Assembly: GCA_977017645.1 (NCBI GenBank)
Contig: CDRNVU010000047.1
Coordinates: 310,001 to 374,000 of the forward strand
Reading direction: 5' to 3'
DNA length: 64,000 nt
Source: Torpedo marmorata
Taxonomy: Eukaryota
The position numbers and the translations under genes were made by a program. Each line of letters begins with the position of its first letter. The stretch's first letter is position 1. Positions 13,510-26,342 of the stretch are shown piece by piece. The notes below the pieces were generated by a model. That model searched no databases and was not told the DNA's origin. It worked only from the letters and a program-made list of their open reading frames with translations.

Positions 13510-14322
13510 TCGTTTAGAAATGTTTAGTTGAAAGGTTGGGTTATAGTTTAACTTTAACAAGACCAGGTGAATTGGAACTATCAGTTACTAATGGGGGTAT
13601 AAATACATTTATTTCTCAAATGTTTAGACTGCTACAGGAAAAAATGCCTAAACCAAGAATTCATAAATCAAGATTAAATTGGGAATCAGATTTGTCCAAG
13701 AATACATGCTTTTTGGCTGAAAGTTAAAAAGTTTAAAGACAACGTATTAAGAATGACACACCCAATGAATCCTATGATATTTTTGTTTGGAGATATTTAA
13801 ATAATTAATATTACAATGAGATTAAATATGTATTAAATAGAATTTTTGCGAATTGCTTTACATGTTTCAAAGAAATGCATTGCTATTACATGGAAATCTA
13901 ATGTAGATTTATGGTTAGAAAGATGGCATGCATAACTCCGTTCATGTATACCACTTGAAAAAATTACTTATAATTTACGTAACAAATATAATTTATTTTT
14001 GAAAATGTGGAGCCCATATATAAAGACTGTGGGTTTAAAGACTTGAGCATCTCTCTATATTAGGTCTGAATGGTGAATCGGTGTTCCATTATATAACCAA
14101 TATATAATAGTTTTTATTTAGACTGACATTCTCCAATTATTATCTCTTTTTTCCTTTTCTTTAATTCTAAACTATATTAGAGTCGTAGGGGTGGGTGGGT
14201 GAGGGAGGGGAAAGGGAAGGAGGGGAGGGTGAAAATATATCACATGTATTCTGATAATATAAATGTTATAAACACGTATTATCGTGTGATTTGAAATTTG
14301 AAATAAAATAAATAAAAATAAA
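13510..14322 (+). mobile_element. L1 ORF2 C-terminus, 3' UTR and A-rich tail
   Basis: FISQMFRLLQE...WESDL, KKCIAITWKS, CIPLEKITY; G-rich 3' UTR tract about 14187-14230; (AATAA)n tail 14300-14322. Confidence 0.8.
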
Positions 14323-14614
14323 CTTGTAGATTAATTATCTTTGTTTTTTATGACCCCATAGTCATTATTACTAGTAGTGTACTCCATACCCTGGCCAGAA
14401 GCCTTCATACGATGGGTTTTGATTATTAGATTAGTAATATATGGGTTTTTTATATTTTATTTTTCCATTTAATAGCATGGGTTCATATGTATCGTATTCA
14501 CTGTTATTTGATATTTGTAACGATATTAATTTACTTTATCATTATTACCATATGTACATATGTATTTGCATATGTTAAAACCAATAAGAAAATTGAAAGT
14601 GGGAAAAATGCAGA

Positions 14615-17600
14615 AGTACGTACTATTGCATCCCCCTTCCTGGTCTTGACTTGTACCGGCACGATTGAGAGTTTGCAGGTATCCTTACCGGCCCTGGTAA
14701 GGCCACTTGTCTGAACCGAGGCGATAACACTGTTTTCTGATGCTTCCTTTGTTTCTCTTTGCTCCTTTACCAGTTCCTTATTCCTTTGGTGAATATGCTG
14801 CATTCTTGGATGCTTCAAATTGCATATGTTACCGCTAAGTCGCTTCTTGCATTTTTTACTGATATGCCCTTTACACATACAGCCAAACCATACTCTATTT
14901 TCCTTTAAGAAAGCGATCTTCTCATTATGTTCCTTCTTTTCAAATTGTGAACACATTTCCAAAGCATTTCCACCTTGACAGAACAAACAACTCTTCTCAG
15001 CAGGCAAATTCTCCTTTTCTTCAGTTACTTTATCATTTCCCTTACTTACAATTGACACTGTTGTGGCAAAGGTGCCCCTTTTCAATTTCGGTCTAGGCTG
15101 TGAGTTGGAACTCCTTACATCTTCGCTCACTGTTGGAGTATACTTGATATTTCCAAATACTGGTACAGTTACGATCCGCACGTGCCATTCAAGGAACACC
15201 ACAATATCCTCAAAGGTAGCATTCTTTCTATGTTTTGTCTGAAGTTTACACTCTCCTGTTCTCCACAAATCCTTCAGCCTATAAGGTAATTTGCTTGTGC
15301 TGATTAATATATTAGAAAGTAAGTTAAGATCACGCATGCGATCGATATCTCCCATGGCATTATAACATCCTCTTAAAGAGAGGGCGAAAGCTTTTAAAGC
15401 CTTTTTATCCTCCGCTTTTATTGATCGCCATGAGAGAATCTTCTCCATATAAGCCATTTCAATTTTATTCTCATTGCTAAAACGATCTTGTTGCAATGCC
15501 TTTGCCTTTGTGAATCCACTTTCTGTATCCATATGCAGGCATATATTACAAGTTCCTTTGGCTGTCCTCCAGTGTACTGTTTCAGGTAATAAAGACGATC
15601 TCTGGCGTTTTTATTCTTACTTTCAAGATTCAAGATTCAAGATTCAATTTATTGTCACAGCAATAAGACAGTGTCATATACCACGAAATTTCTTTTTGCC
15701 TGCTCCAAGGCAGACAGATTTGCCATCGGCATAAATTGGCTAAGCGCCTCTAGCATTCCCTACAGTCAGATAAAGAGCAGCGAAGGAGAGTCCCCCCAGA
15801 GTCACCGAGTGTCCATAGATTCGCCGCCAGCGCTTCCACAGCCACACAGAGTCCAGTCCAAACGATCGGCATCCCGAGCTCCAGATCTGAACCCCCAACA
15901 CGGTCAGGTCGCCCTCGGCACCCCCTCACATCCCGGTTCCGATACCTGGTACTCCTCCAGCCAGTTCGAGCCAACCTCCAGCAGTCCACAGCCCGTCGTG
16001 AGACCCCCGACAGCAGTCTCCAACAGCCCACAACCTCCGCGGGTTCCTCGCCTCGAGTCGCCAGCAGCCCGCCGCATGCACTGGTCCTTCAGCCTCAGAG
16101 CCCCTCACCGGTCCGCCGCTGTGCTCACCGTCCTGTGGGTCGTCTCCTCCGCTTCTCCTTCTCAGACGGGGGTGATCTTCCCGTCCACTGGTGCCCTGCT
16201 CCAGTCCCCCGCTTCCCCGGAATCTGCAGCCCCTCGTGGCTGCTGCCGGTTAAAAGGCGCTGCCATCTTGGGCGCAGACCCCGTGGTCGCGGGATCTCAA
16301 ATAAAACCACCGTCGGCTCCTTTAACGGGACGTTCAAAGCCCGTGCGGAACCGACGGCAGTCTCTGGGCGGCTGGACCCCGCGGGAGCGCTGTATCTCGC
16401 TCCCACGCTCCTCGCGGGTCCGCACCAGCGGCAGCGCTGCCGCTACTGCGGCTCCGGCAGCACCGCCATCTTCAAAATATTTAATGAATGTTTGATACTG
16501 AAGTGGATCTCCGTTAACAAATTTGAATCGCCTTCTTGGGTAAGGAATAGAGACCTTGTTGCTGCATTAATAAAGCAGTAATTTCATTTTGTTTTGAAAT
16601 GATTGACAATATATTGTCTTGTTCACCGTGGCTTAAAGTTTGTACTGCAGCGGAAAACGTCACATGTCGTTCCTCACCCTGAATTTTATTACCTGACGGA
16701 CGTGAATAGAATTCTGGCACGACAGATTGAAATCCGCTCATATCTCTGTCTGAGGGGGTGATTATTAGTGTTCGAGCCCCGGCAACACCTTGCTCGGGGA
16801 GGATTTGTCCATGTACATTCATGCCTTGTGACCGTGGTACAAAAGCTTCTGCCTTAGCATCAAATACTCTCATTTCAAGTGACGACCTCTTACCAACCAT
16901 CGGACCTCTGAGATAGGTCGCTTCGAACAACAGATTCCTTTAAACTTGTCAGTACCTTCACTTCAGCCTTCTTTGCAAAATGTTTTGATTTCACATCCAA
17001 TTGTTCCCATTTTCACCTTCGCTCCAATTGCTGCTTCATTTTCTGCCTCCTCAGCTGTCCCTTCTGGTTCATTTTCTGCCTTTGTAGCTGCTCCTCCTCG
17101 TCCTCGAAGGCACATTTCTCATCAAGCACATCTTGTTGTGGTTGAAGAGCGACCAACTCAGCCTGAGCCTTTATATATGGAGATGAAGCACCTGAAGCGC
17201 GGGAAGCCCTGGAGCCCACATTGGAACTTGTTTTGCTTCTCCTGCTTCCAGCATTTGACACACTGTCTTCTGTATTTACTTCTGGTACGTCAGTTGCTGC
17301 CCGGAAATCTGACTCCTTTTCAAATTCGAATCGTACATCCTCTTCCCTTTCGTCCTCTTCGCCGGCACTTTGTGACACATCTTTAGCCATTACCGGACCA
17401 CTGACTCTAGAATCAGCTGACGTCAACTGCAGTGCTTTCACGGAGACATTACTCTCATCAACCGAAGCTGCCTCTACTCCTTCTTTAATTGCCAGCTTCA
17501 GTCTAGCGACGAGAGCACTTTTGTCCCCTGTTGTATCTCGCCCTCGTTGGCGCAGTTCTTTCATAAGTTCTGCCTTCTTCCACGTTTCGATACGTTGTGA

Positions 17601-17700
17601 ATTAGCGCAGACTCCTGAAGCAGCGGCGGCTATTTCGCCTGTATCCATCTTGATGCCGAGTTCCCATCACAGAAACACAAGCAAACTCTACTGTTATCAG
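14615..17700 (-). mobile_element. BEL/Pao LTR retrotransposon gag (to the start of protease), frameshifted and interrupted
   Basis: NGDPLQYQTFIKYFE/RDRLYYLKQYTGGQPKELV (DUF1759-like), KLPYRLKDLWR, ATFEDIVVFLE, three Cys/His knuckles (CLFCQGGNALEMC, CMCKGHISKKC, CNLKHPRMQH), KLSIVPVQVK; ATG at 17648. Confidence 0.85.
15622..16474 (-). mobile_element. Non-autonomous LINE-derived element inserted in the BEL gag
   Basis: Minus strand starts AAGATGGCGG, has a GC/CpG-rich body and ends tgacaataaatt(GAATCTT)3. TTCAA occurs at both junctions and the gag sequence resumes on either side. Confidence 0.7.
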
Positions 17701-17944
17701 CAAGCAAATATCCACCGCAGCATCCGTAATTTATACCACTAATTTGCAAGAAATGGCTTTACCAACGTGTCAACAAAATCCTCTTCCACAGTTTAGAAGT
17801 TTCGAACTCTTGTTCTGGCCACTACTCAGGCTGATGGGTATGGATTACACACTGCAAAACAACTCAGCATTTCTAATATGGCCGCCGCATTGCTTTCAAT
17901 ACAATTCAATTTCCCTTACAGCAGTCCAAATGTTCCAATAAAAA

Positions 17945-19200
17945 ATTCTGTTGACTATTTTTGAAGAGGTGACTAGGAATGTGGATGAGGGTAGCGCGGT
18001 GGATGTTGTCTATATGGACTTCAGTAAGTCCTTCGATAAGCTTCCGCATGGAAGGTTAGTTAGGAAGGTGCAGTCTTTATGTATAAATTCTGAGATAGTC
18101 AAATGGATTGAACATTGGCTGGAAGGGAGAGGCCAGAGAGTGGTAGTGGATAATTGTCTGTCAGGTTGGAGGCCGGTGACCAGCGGTGTGCCTCAGGGAT
18201 CTGTATTGGGCCCATTGTTGTTCGTTATATATATCAATGATCTAAATGATGGGGTGGTAAACTGGATTAGTAAATATGCAGATGATACTAAAATAGGTGG
18301 AATAGTGGATAATGAAGAAGGTTTTCAAAGATTGCAGAGGGATTTGGGCTGCTTAGAAAAGTGGGCTGAAAAATGGCAGATGGAGTTGAATGCTGATAAG
18401 TGTGAGGAGCTTCATTTTGATAAGAAGAATCAGAACAGGACATATGTAGTAAATGGGAGAGCATTGATGAATACAGAAGAGCAGAAAGATTTAGGAAGAA
18501 CGGTGCATCGTTCCCTGAAGGTGGAAACTCATGTGAATAGGGTGGTGAAGAAGGCTTTTAGTATGCTGGCCTTTATCAATCAGTGCATAGAATATAGGAG
18601 TTGGGAAGTGATATTGAGATTATATAAGGCTTTGGTGCGGCTAATTTAGAGTTCTGTGTGCAGTTCTGGTCGCCAAATTATAGAAAGGATATCAACAAAG
18701 TGGAGAGAGTGCAGAGAAGGTTTACCTGAATGTTACCTGGGTTTAAGAATCTAGAGTACAAGGAGAGATTGAGCATATTAGGTCTTTATTCTTTGGAGCG
18801 TAGAGGGTTGAGAGGGGATTTGATAGAGGTATTTAAAATTATGAAAGGGATAGACAGAGTGGATGTGGATAGACTCTTTCCGTTAAGTGTAGGAGAGATT
18901 GAAACAAGAGGACATGAGCTAAGAGTTAAGGGGCAGAGGTTTAGAGGTAACATGAGGGGGAACTTCTTTACTCAGAAAGTGGTAGCGGTGTGGAATGAGC
19001 TTCAGGGAGAAGTAGTGGCGGCAGAGTCAATTTTATTATTTAAGAAAAATTTGGACAAGTATATGGATGAGAAGGAAGTGAAGGGTTATGGGCAGTGTGC
19101 AGGTAGGTGGGACTAGATAGGAATGTTTGGTTCGGTGCGGACAGGAAGGGCCTAATGGCCTGTTTACGTGCTGTAATTGTTATATGGTTATATGGTTAAT
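17945..19200 (+). mobile_element. CR1 LINE, relatively young 5'-truncated copy
   Basis: ORF 17951-18649 VDVVYMDFSKSFDKLPHGRL, SGVPQGSVLGPLLF, KYADDTK; ORF 18730-19116; (TTATATGG)n tail. Confidence 0.92.
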
Positions 19201-19779
19201 TGTAGCGACTTCAATCAATAAAACAGTAGGTTAAGTGAGGCGTTTGTCTGCGACGCGTTTCTTGAATGAATCGGTAACGAAGACCAAATTAATTTTTAAA
19301 CAGTTTTTATTAACCAGCAAAAAAGGGCTAACGTCTGTCGTATCGTTTAATATCAATAGCAAAAAACTACTGTAGTACCGAAATACCGATTAATCATAAC
19401 ATGTAACATAAACGTTTTATCGTCCGTATAACGTCCGCGTAACGGTGAACAGAAATTATCGACGCCTAATTCACCCTACTCGGATCGCCCCAACTGACGA
19501 CACGGGCGAACGAGCAAACTTTTCAATGCGCACAAACCCTCGCGCCTGCTCATTGCAGAACGCGCTGGCCCAGGCTCCAACCGCTCTCTGCCGGCACAGA
19601 GCCGAGCGCGCATGCGTCAACCCAGTCAATGGCGCATGCGCACCGGTGGACATGCCGGCCGCGGCTGAAGTCTCTGCCAACCGCGCATGCGCGGCCAGGG
19701 GAAGAAGCCCACGGACCCCAGGACACCGCCGATGACTGCGGCCAAACCACAGGTAAGGAATGAGCCTTTCGCTCTTACA
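19201..19779 (-). mobile_element. Candidate LTR, CpG-rich
   Basis: Minus strand TGTAAGAGC...GTCGCTACA (TGTA/TACA termini), AATAAA near 19310, purine tract GAGGGGTAG just upstream; several GCGCATGCG motifs. Confidence 0.45.
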
Positions 19780-19829
19780 CTACCCCTCACCTTATCCGTC
19801 TCACTGTTATGCTTCACCGTTTCTGGTTA

Positions 19830-21465
19830 GAACCATAACACCATAGAACACTACAGAACAGAAAACAGGCCATTCGCTCATTCTAGTCCGTGCCGAAACA
19901 TCATACCGCTAGTCCCACTGACCTGCACCCATTCCATAAACCTCCAGACCTCTCCCATCCATGTATCCATCAAATTTATTATTAAAACGTAAGTGTCAGT
20001 CCGCATTGACCACATCAGATGGCAGCTCGTTCCACACTTTCACCGCTCTCTGAGTGCAGAAGTTCCCCCTAATGTTATAACCATATATAACATGTAACCA
20101 TATAACATTTACAGCACAGAAACAGGCCAGTTCGGCCCTTCGGATCCATGCCGAACACATTCTCCCACCTAGTCCCACTGACTCGCACCTAGCCCATAAC
20201 CCTCCACACCTCTCTCGTCCATATACCTATCAAACTTTTCCTTAAACATTAAAATTGAACCTGCATCTACCACTTCGGCCGGAAGCTCGTTCGTTCTCCC
20301 TAAACCTTTCCCAATTCACCTTAAAGCCATGTCCTCTCGTATGTATCTCTCCTACTCTAAGTGGAAAGAGCCTACTCGCATTTACTCTGTCTATACCCCT
20401 CATAATTTTGTAAACCTCCATCAAATCTCCCCTCATTCTTCTACGCTCCAAGGAATAAAGCCATAACGTGTTTATTTTTTCTCTGTAACTCAACTACTGA
20501 AGACCAGGCAACATCCTAGTAAATCGTCTCTGCACTCTTTCAATCTTACTGATATCCTTCCTGTAGTTTGGCGACCAGAAGTGCACACAATACTCCATAT
20601 ATGGCCCACCAATGTCTTATACAACCTCACAATAACATCCCAACTTCGATACTCAATACTTTGATTTATGAAGGCCAAAATGCCAAAAGCTTCCTTTACA
20701 ACCCTGTCTACCTGTGACGTCACTTTCAGGGAATTATGTATCTGTATTCCCAGATCCCTCTGATCCTCTGCACTCCTCAGTGCCCGACCATTTACTATGT
20801 ATATCCTACCTTGGTATTCCCTTCCAAAATTCAACACTTCATACTTGTCTGCATTAAATTCCATCTGCTATTATCTGGCCCATTTTTTCAGTTGGCCCAG
20901 ATCCATGTGCAAGATTTGAAAGCCTTCCACGTTGTCCACAACGCCTACATTCTTAGTGTCATCAGCAAACTTGCTGATCCAATTTACCACATTATCATCC
21001 AGATCATTGATATAGACAACAAACAACAATGGTCCAGCACCGATCCCTGAGGCACACCACTAATCACAAGAATCCAGACTGAGAAGCAATCATCTACTAC
21101 CGCACTTTGTCTTCTCCCATTCAGCTAATTTCGAATCCAGTTTGCATCCTCTCCACGGATACCTTGTATCTGAATTTACTGAACAAACCTCCCCTGTGGG
21201 ACCTTGTGAAAAGCCTTACTAATGTTCATGTAGGCAACATCCACAGCCTTTCCCTCATCTCCGTTCTTGGTGACATCCTCCAAAATCTCTATAATTTTCG
21301 TTACGCACGACCTACCACGCACAAAGCCATGCTGACTATTCTTAATCAATACTTGTAAATCCGATCTCTCAGAACACCCTCCAATAATTTACCTGCTAAT
21401 GACGTCAGGCTCACCGGCCTGTAATTTCCTGGTTTACTTTTGGAGCCTTTTTAATCAAACGGAAA
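19830..21465 (-). mobile_element. CR1 LINEs (two nested 3' ends plus RT)
   Basis: ORFs 20242-20493 and 20490-20864 with CR1 RT C-terminal motifs; tails at about 19830 and about 20076. Confidence 0.88.
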
Positions 21466-21689
21466 AACATGAATTTTCCAATATGCAACTGCATCCTCAA
21501 CAAACACCCTCCCCTTCCAGTCCGCAGCATACCGATCATCTCACCCATGCACTCTAACGCTTGATGAAAGCTTCCGCCCTGAAAACTCGACAAATTTTAT
21601 CCCGACGAGCTGCCCGATCTGATGAGATACTACGGCAGTTTGTTCTTTGATTTTTTACTTGCAAGCTATTTTTTGATGTTTCGTTAAAT

Positions 21690-24600
21690 ATGTGAGTGTA
21701 AGCAATCAGTACTGTTCCACTATGAATGAGCCTGGAGTGGGATTACTAACCAGGATATCTACCACGGCCGGAGTAAAGGGGGATGTAGTGGAGGGATAGT
21801 TTATTAAGTCAGTGCAGATGGACCTCAGGAACAGGAAAGGAACAATAAAAGGTCTGGTTATCAATTTGTATTTTTTATTTTTTAATTAGACATACAGGCA
21901 GGGTGAGGATGGGAATGTGAAAGAAACATAGCATACAAGTGATTCAACAAATATTTAAGAACTAAAGAAAACGTTACGAGTGGTTACAGAGCAAATAACC
22001 GGATAGAGCTCCAGATAATTTCAAGATTTGCAGGCAAGAGCTTAGGAAAGCTCATGGGAAAGGGAGAAGAGCCCATGAGAATGCATTGGCTGCATTATTA
22101 AGGAAAATGCCAAGGCATTCGACAAGTATATGAGGAATAAGAGAATGAGTAATCTGAGGACAGGACCCATCAGGGTGACAGGTGAAACGTGTGCGTGGAG
22201 TGGGCGGATGGAGCGGATGCCAAAGATGAATACTTTGCGTCAGTTATCACCAGCGAAACGGGCCATGTAAATTGTGAGGATTTATTAAAGCGGAATAAAA
22301 TGCTTGAAAATATTGTCAACATGAAAAAGAGATGTGCTGAGGATTTTGAAAAACATGATTTTAGGTGAGTCGTCAGGACCAGCGGGGATTTACCAAAAGC
22401 TAATGTGGAAATCACGGTAGGAGATTGCTGGTCCACGGGCGATGATCTTCGGGTTTCTACTGCTGTTCCACTGTTCAACAAATAGAGTAGATACAACCAT
22501 GGAAATTATGTACAATGTGTCTTAGGTCAGTGGTGGCCAAACTGTTGGAGAAGAACCCATGATACGGGTGGTCCAAGCATTTAGAGATGCCTACGCTCCA
22601 TAGGGATAGTCATCATGTGTTTGTCAGAGGAAGAATGAGTCATAGGAATAATTTTGTTTGAGGATGTGACAAACACTGGAATGAAAGGAATGAAGGTTGG
22701 GGTGGTGGATGGAGTGCATATGTTTTGCAGTGAATAACGTGATCAGGTTCCTCATGCAAGGGTAATTCAGAACGTAAGGAGGCAGATTATCCAAGGAGAC
22801 CTTGCTTTGTGTATGCAGAATTTTTCAGACAAGGTAAAGTGTGGTTGAAGTTAACACATAAAGTGCTGGGGAATCTCAGCCTGCAGCGTCCACAAGATGT
22901 AAGGATATACAGTTAGCCGTTTGGTACTGTGCCCCACGTCAAGATATGTTAAAACGCAATCAGCCTCCCGAATAATAAGGCGGAGGGATGATGAAATATC
23001 TAACAGGGAGGAGCACAGGTCAACACCCAGTGCATCATATGTGACCATGTATAGGAAGTCAGGTGAGGAAAGATGAAAATTAATTCAGGGATGGGAATAG
23101 CTCTGTATATGCAGAGTTGGAGGAAAAGGGACACGGGAGAGGCCAATGGTGAGACGGGGGCACTAACGGGATAGGCCAATGGTGAGACGGGGGCACTAAC
23201 GGAAATGTATGAGACAGTAAAATGATAGAATTCTTCCTGCAGTTTGAGAGGGTGAAACTAAAATCAGAGGTGTCAAAAAAACAGTGGAATAACGGGACTG
23301 CAGATTTATGAGATAGGAACTTGAAATTATAATTGGAACGGCACACGAGCAGGAAGGACGGCAGAGCAGAAATTCCTGGAGATTCTGCAGAACAGATACA
23401 TTCCAAAAAGTATATTTGATTGGAAAAATAACACAACTGTGGCTGACAAGAGAGGTCAAAGCCAAATTAAAGGTAAAATAAATGGCATGCATTAAAGCAA
23501 AAACTAGTGGGAAGATAGAGGACTGGGAAGCTTTGAGAAGTATACGGAAGGTAACGATCATGACGAAAGAGAAGATGAACTTTGAAAAGTGGCTTGAAAA
23601 TAATATTAACGAATATACAAAAAATAAATTTAGTGTATTAAGTGTAAAAAAAGGCAAGTGCAGATATAGGACCGTTAGAACATGACGCTGGAGAAATTAT
23701 AATGGGAGACAAGGAAATGGCAGAGGAAATCAATGAGTATTTTGCACTGGTCTGCACTATGGTCGGCATCATCAATACACTGGACGATCACGCATGTCAG
23801 AGAAGACGCTGAATGCAGTCACGATCACCAGAAAGAAGTGATGGGAAAGCAGAAAGGTCTAAGGGTGATTATGTCTCACGGACCAAATGGAATGCACATT
23901 CGGGTAATGAATGAAGAAGCTGTCGACATGGTGGAAGCACTAGTGTTGATCTTTTAAGAATCAATAGATTCTGGCATGGTTCCGGAAGACTGGAAAATTG
24001 CGAAGGCTAATGCGCTAATTAAAAAGGGTCTATAATTCCCTTTCAGAAGAAAGGGAATTTTAGACAGGTTAGCCAAGCATCGGTGGTTGGGAATTGTTGG
24101 AGTCGACTGTGAAGAATGAGATTACGGGTACCTGGAGGTGCATGACAAGGTAAGCTAAAGTCAACATGGTTTTGTAGAGGGAAAGTCGTGCCTGGCAAAT
24201 CAACTGAATATTTTGAGGAAACCACAAGCAGGCGAGAGAAAGGACATGCAGCTAATGTTGTGTATTGTAACCTTTCAATTGTCCTTTGACAAGGTGCCAC
24301 ACATGAGGCTGCATAATGTGAGAGTCCACTGAAATTACAAGAATGATACTAGAATGATATTAGCATGGGTACAGCATTGGTTGATCGCCAGAAAGAAGAG
24401 AGCGGGAATAAAGGGATGCTATTCTATTTGGCTACCATTTACCAGTGGAGGACCCAGGGGTCAATGTTGGGACCACTTATTTTTACGTTGTATGTTAATG
24501 ATTTGGATTGGGAAATAAATGACTTTATGTGTAAGTTTTCAGATGATATAAAGATAGGTGGAGGGACAGGTAATGAGGATCAACAGGACAGACGGCGGAG

Positions 24601-25405
24601 AGATGTAGATAGATGGTGAGAATGGGCAGAAAAAATGTCAAATTAAATAGAATGTTAGAAAGTGTACCGACATGCACTTCGGTGGAAGGAATAAAACGCC
24701 AAAATATTAATTGGATGTGGAAATAAATTAAAAATTTGGAGGTGCAATGGAACTTGGGACTCCTCGTGCAGGATACCTTAAACATTAACCTCCAGGTTGA
24801 ATCGGTGAATGCAAATGCAGAAGGGGAATGCAAAGTTGCCATTGATATCTAGAGGAAGAGGATATAAGGGCAGTGATGTGATGTTGAGGCTTTATAAGGC
24901 ACTGGTGAGGCATAATTTCGAGTACAGGGTACAATTGTGGTTTCATTATATACGAAATGATGTACTAGAGTCGGAGAGGGTTCAGAGAAGATTTACAAGA
25001 ATGATTCCTGGAATAAAGATATGACCATGAGGAACGTTTGGCTGGTCTTGGACTGTACGCTTTGGAGTGGAGAAGAATGAGAGGTGAACTCATAAATGAA
25101 TTCCGAATGTTGAGAGGCGTGCACGGAATAAATGTGTAAAACTTGTTTCCCATGGTAGTGGAGTCGAGGACATGGAGGTACAAGTTTGTCATGTGGTCAT
25201 TTAAAACAGAGATGCGAACGAATTTATTTAGTCAGAGAACAGTAAACCTCTGGAATTTGCTGAAATGGGCAGGCCAATTCGTGAGAAGTATTTGAGGCAG
25301 AGATCGATATTTATGTGAATAATCATGAGAATGTATCAGTTTATGATGGAATAGCGAAGCGGATTTGACGGACCGAATAGCCTACTACTCCTTATCTTGT
25401 GGTTT
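21690..25405 (+). mobile_element. Old CR1 ORF2 fragments with an inserted Penelope-terminus fragment (about 22850-23100)
   Basis: QGSMLGPLIFTLYVNDLD...KFSDDIKIGG (24365-24619), LRLYKALVR (24809-25024); heavily decayed. Confidence 0.75.
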
Positions 25406-25924
25406 TATATCATACATATCGGACGCTGGTTCATCACTGACAATCGTAACACCCGATTTTGAAGGGACGGTTATACAATCAGTACCCACCACACCCTCTA
25501 CAAGAAGCGGGCTCGGTACACCGATTAGGAAAGGAACAAGTCTGGTTACAATGTAAAACGGGTGGCACAATGCAGTCTCCCACATTTCCATGCCACTATA
25601 GCCCCCACCCTGTAACGGCATACAGCTCACATCTGGCTATTCAGCGTCGTCGGCGACACGCAACCGCCGTGAGAGGAGTTCAGGGATCATCTTAAGGAAA
25701 AATGAGAGTATTCTGTTCCCCATGTGTCCTTTCTAATACACCCGGCTGGAGGGGCCGGATTAGGTGTGCGTGCGTGACCCGAGAGAACAATTGCGTGGCG
25801 GCTTCACTGGTGGGTGGATATAATCCTTGAATGGCAGGTGTGGTGACTTCGGACTGGTTTCCCGGAGAGGTCAGGTGAAATTCCGTATAAATTCATCACC
25901 CACTTAGTTTTCCTAGATTCCATT

Positions 25925-26180
25925 ACATGTAGATTTCGGTAGATTTCAGATTTATTGTCAGAGTACATACATGACATCACGTGCAAACGAGAGATGGGCT
26001 TTTCTTCCTGCAGGGCGAGGCAGAATTACCACTTATTGGTAGTGTAAAAACTGACTCAACATACACATGTAAACAATAAAATATAAACTACCTGACTGTG
26101 CAATACAGAGAGAAAAAATCAATAAAGTGCAAAATAATTGTCCTTAAATAAGTCACTGATTGAGTTAGTTGTTCTGCTAT
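25925..26180 (-). mobile_element. Rex1-like LINE 3' UTR fragment
   Basis: Minus strand ends gtatgtactctgacaataaatctgaaatct, matching the tail type at 9518-9530. Confidence 0.5.
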
Positions 26181-26342
26181 TTTAACAATTGAATCAACGC
26201 CATTTGCGTTATTGGACCGGTTGCAGTCGGCAATACAAACAATATAAGTTCAAGCATGTTGTGACATGGATGTATTATATTTCCCAAACAGACAAAACGT
26301 TTAGAACATTTGTGAGAACAGAAGTTGCAAAACATGAGCATT

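Noticed and set aside
15671-16581. GC-rich ORFs (274 aa, 148 aa)
   Set aside because: They lie inside the non-autonomous insert and are explained by high GC; no domain motifs.
23140-23202. About 34-bp direct duplication (ggccaatggtgagacgggggcactaacgg)
   Set aside because: Two copies at a transposon junction; a trivial local duplication.
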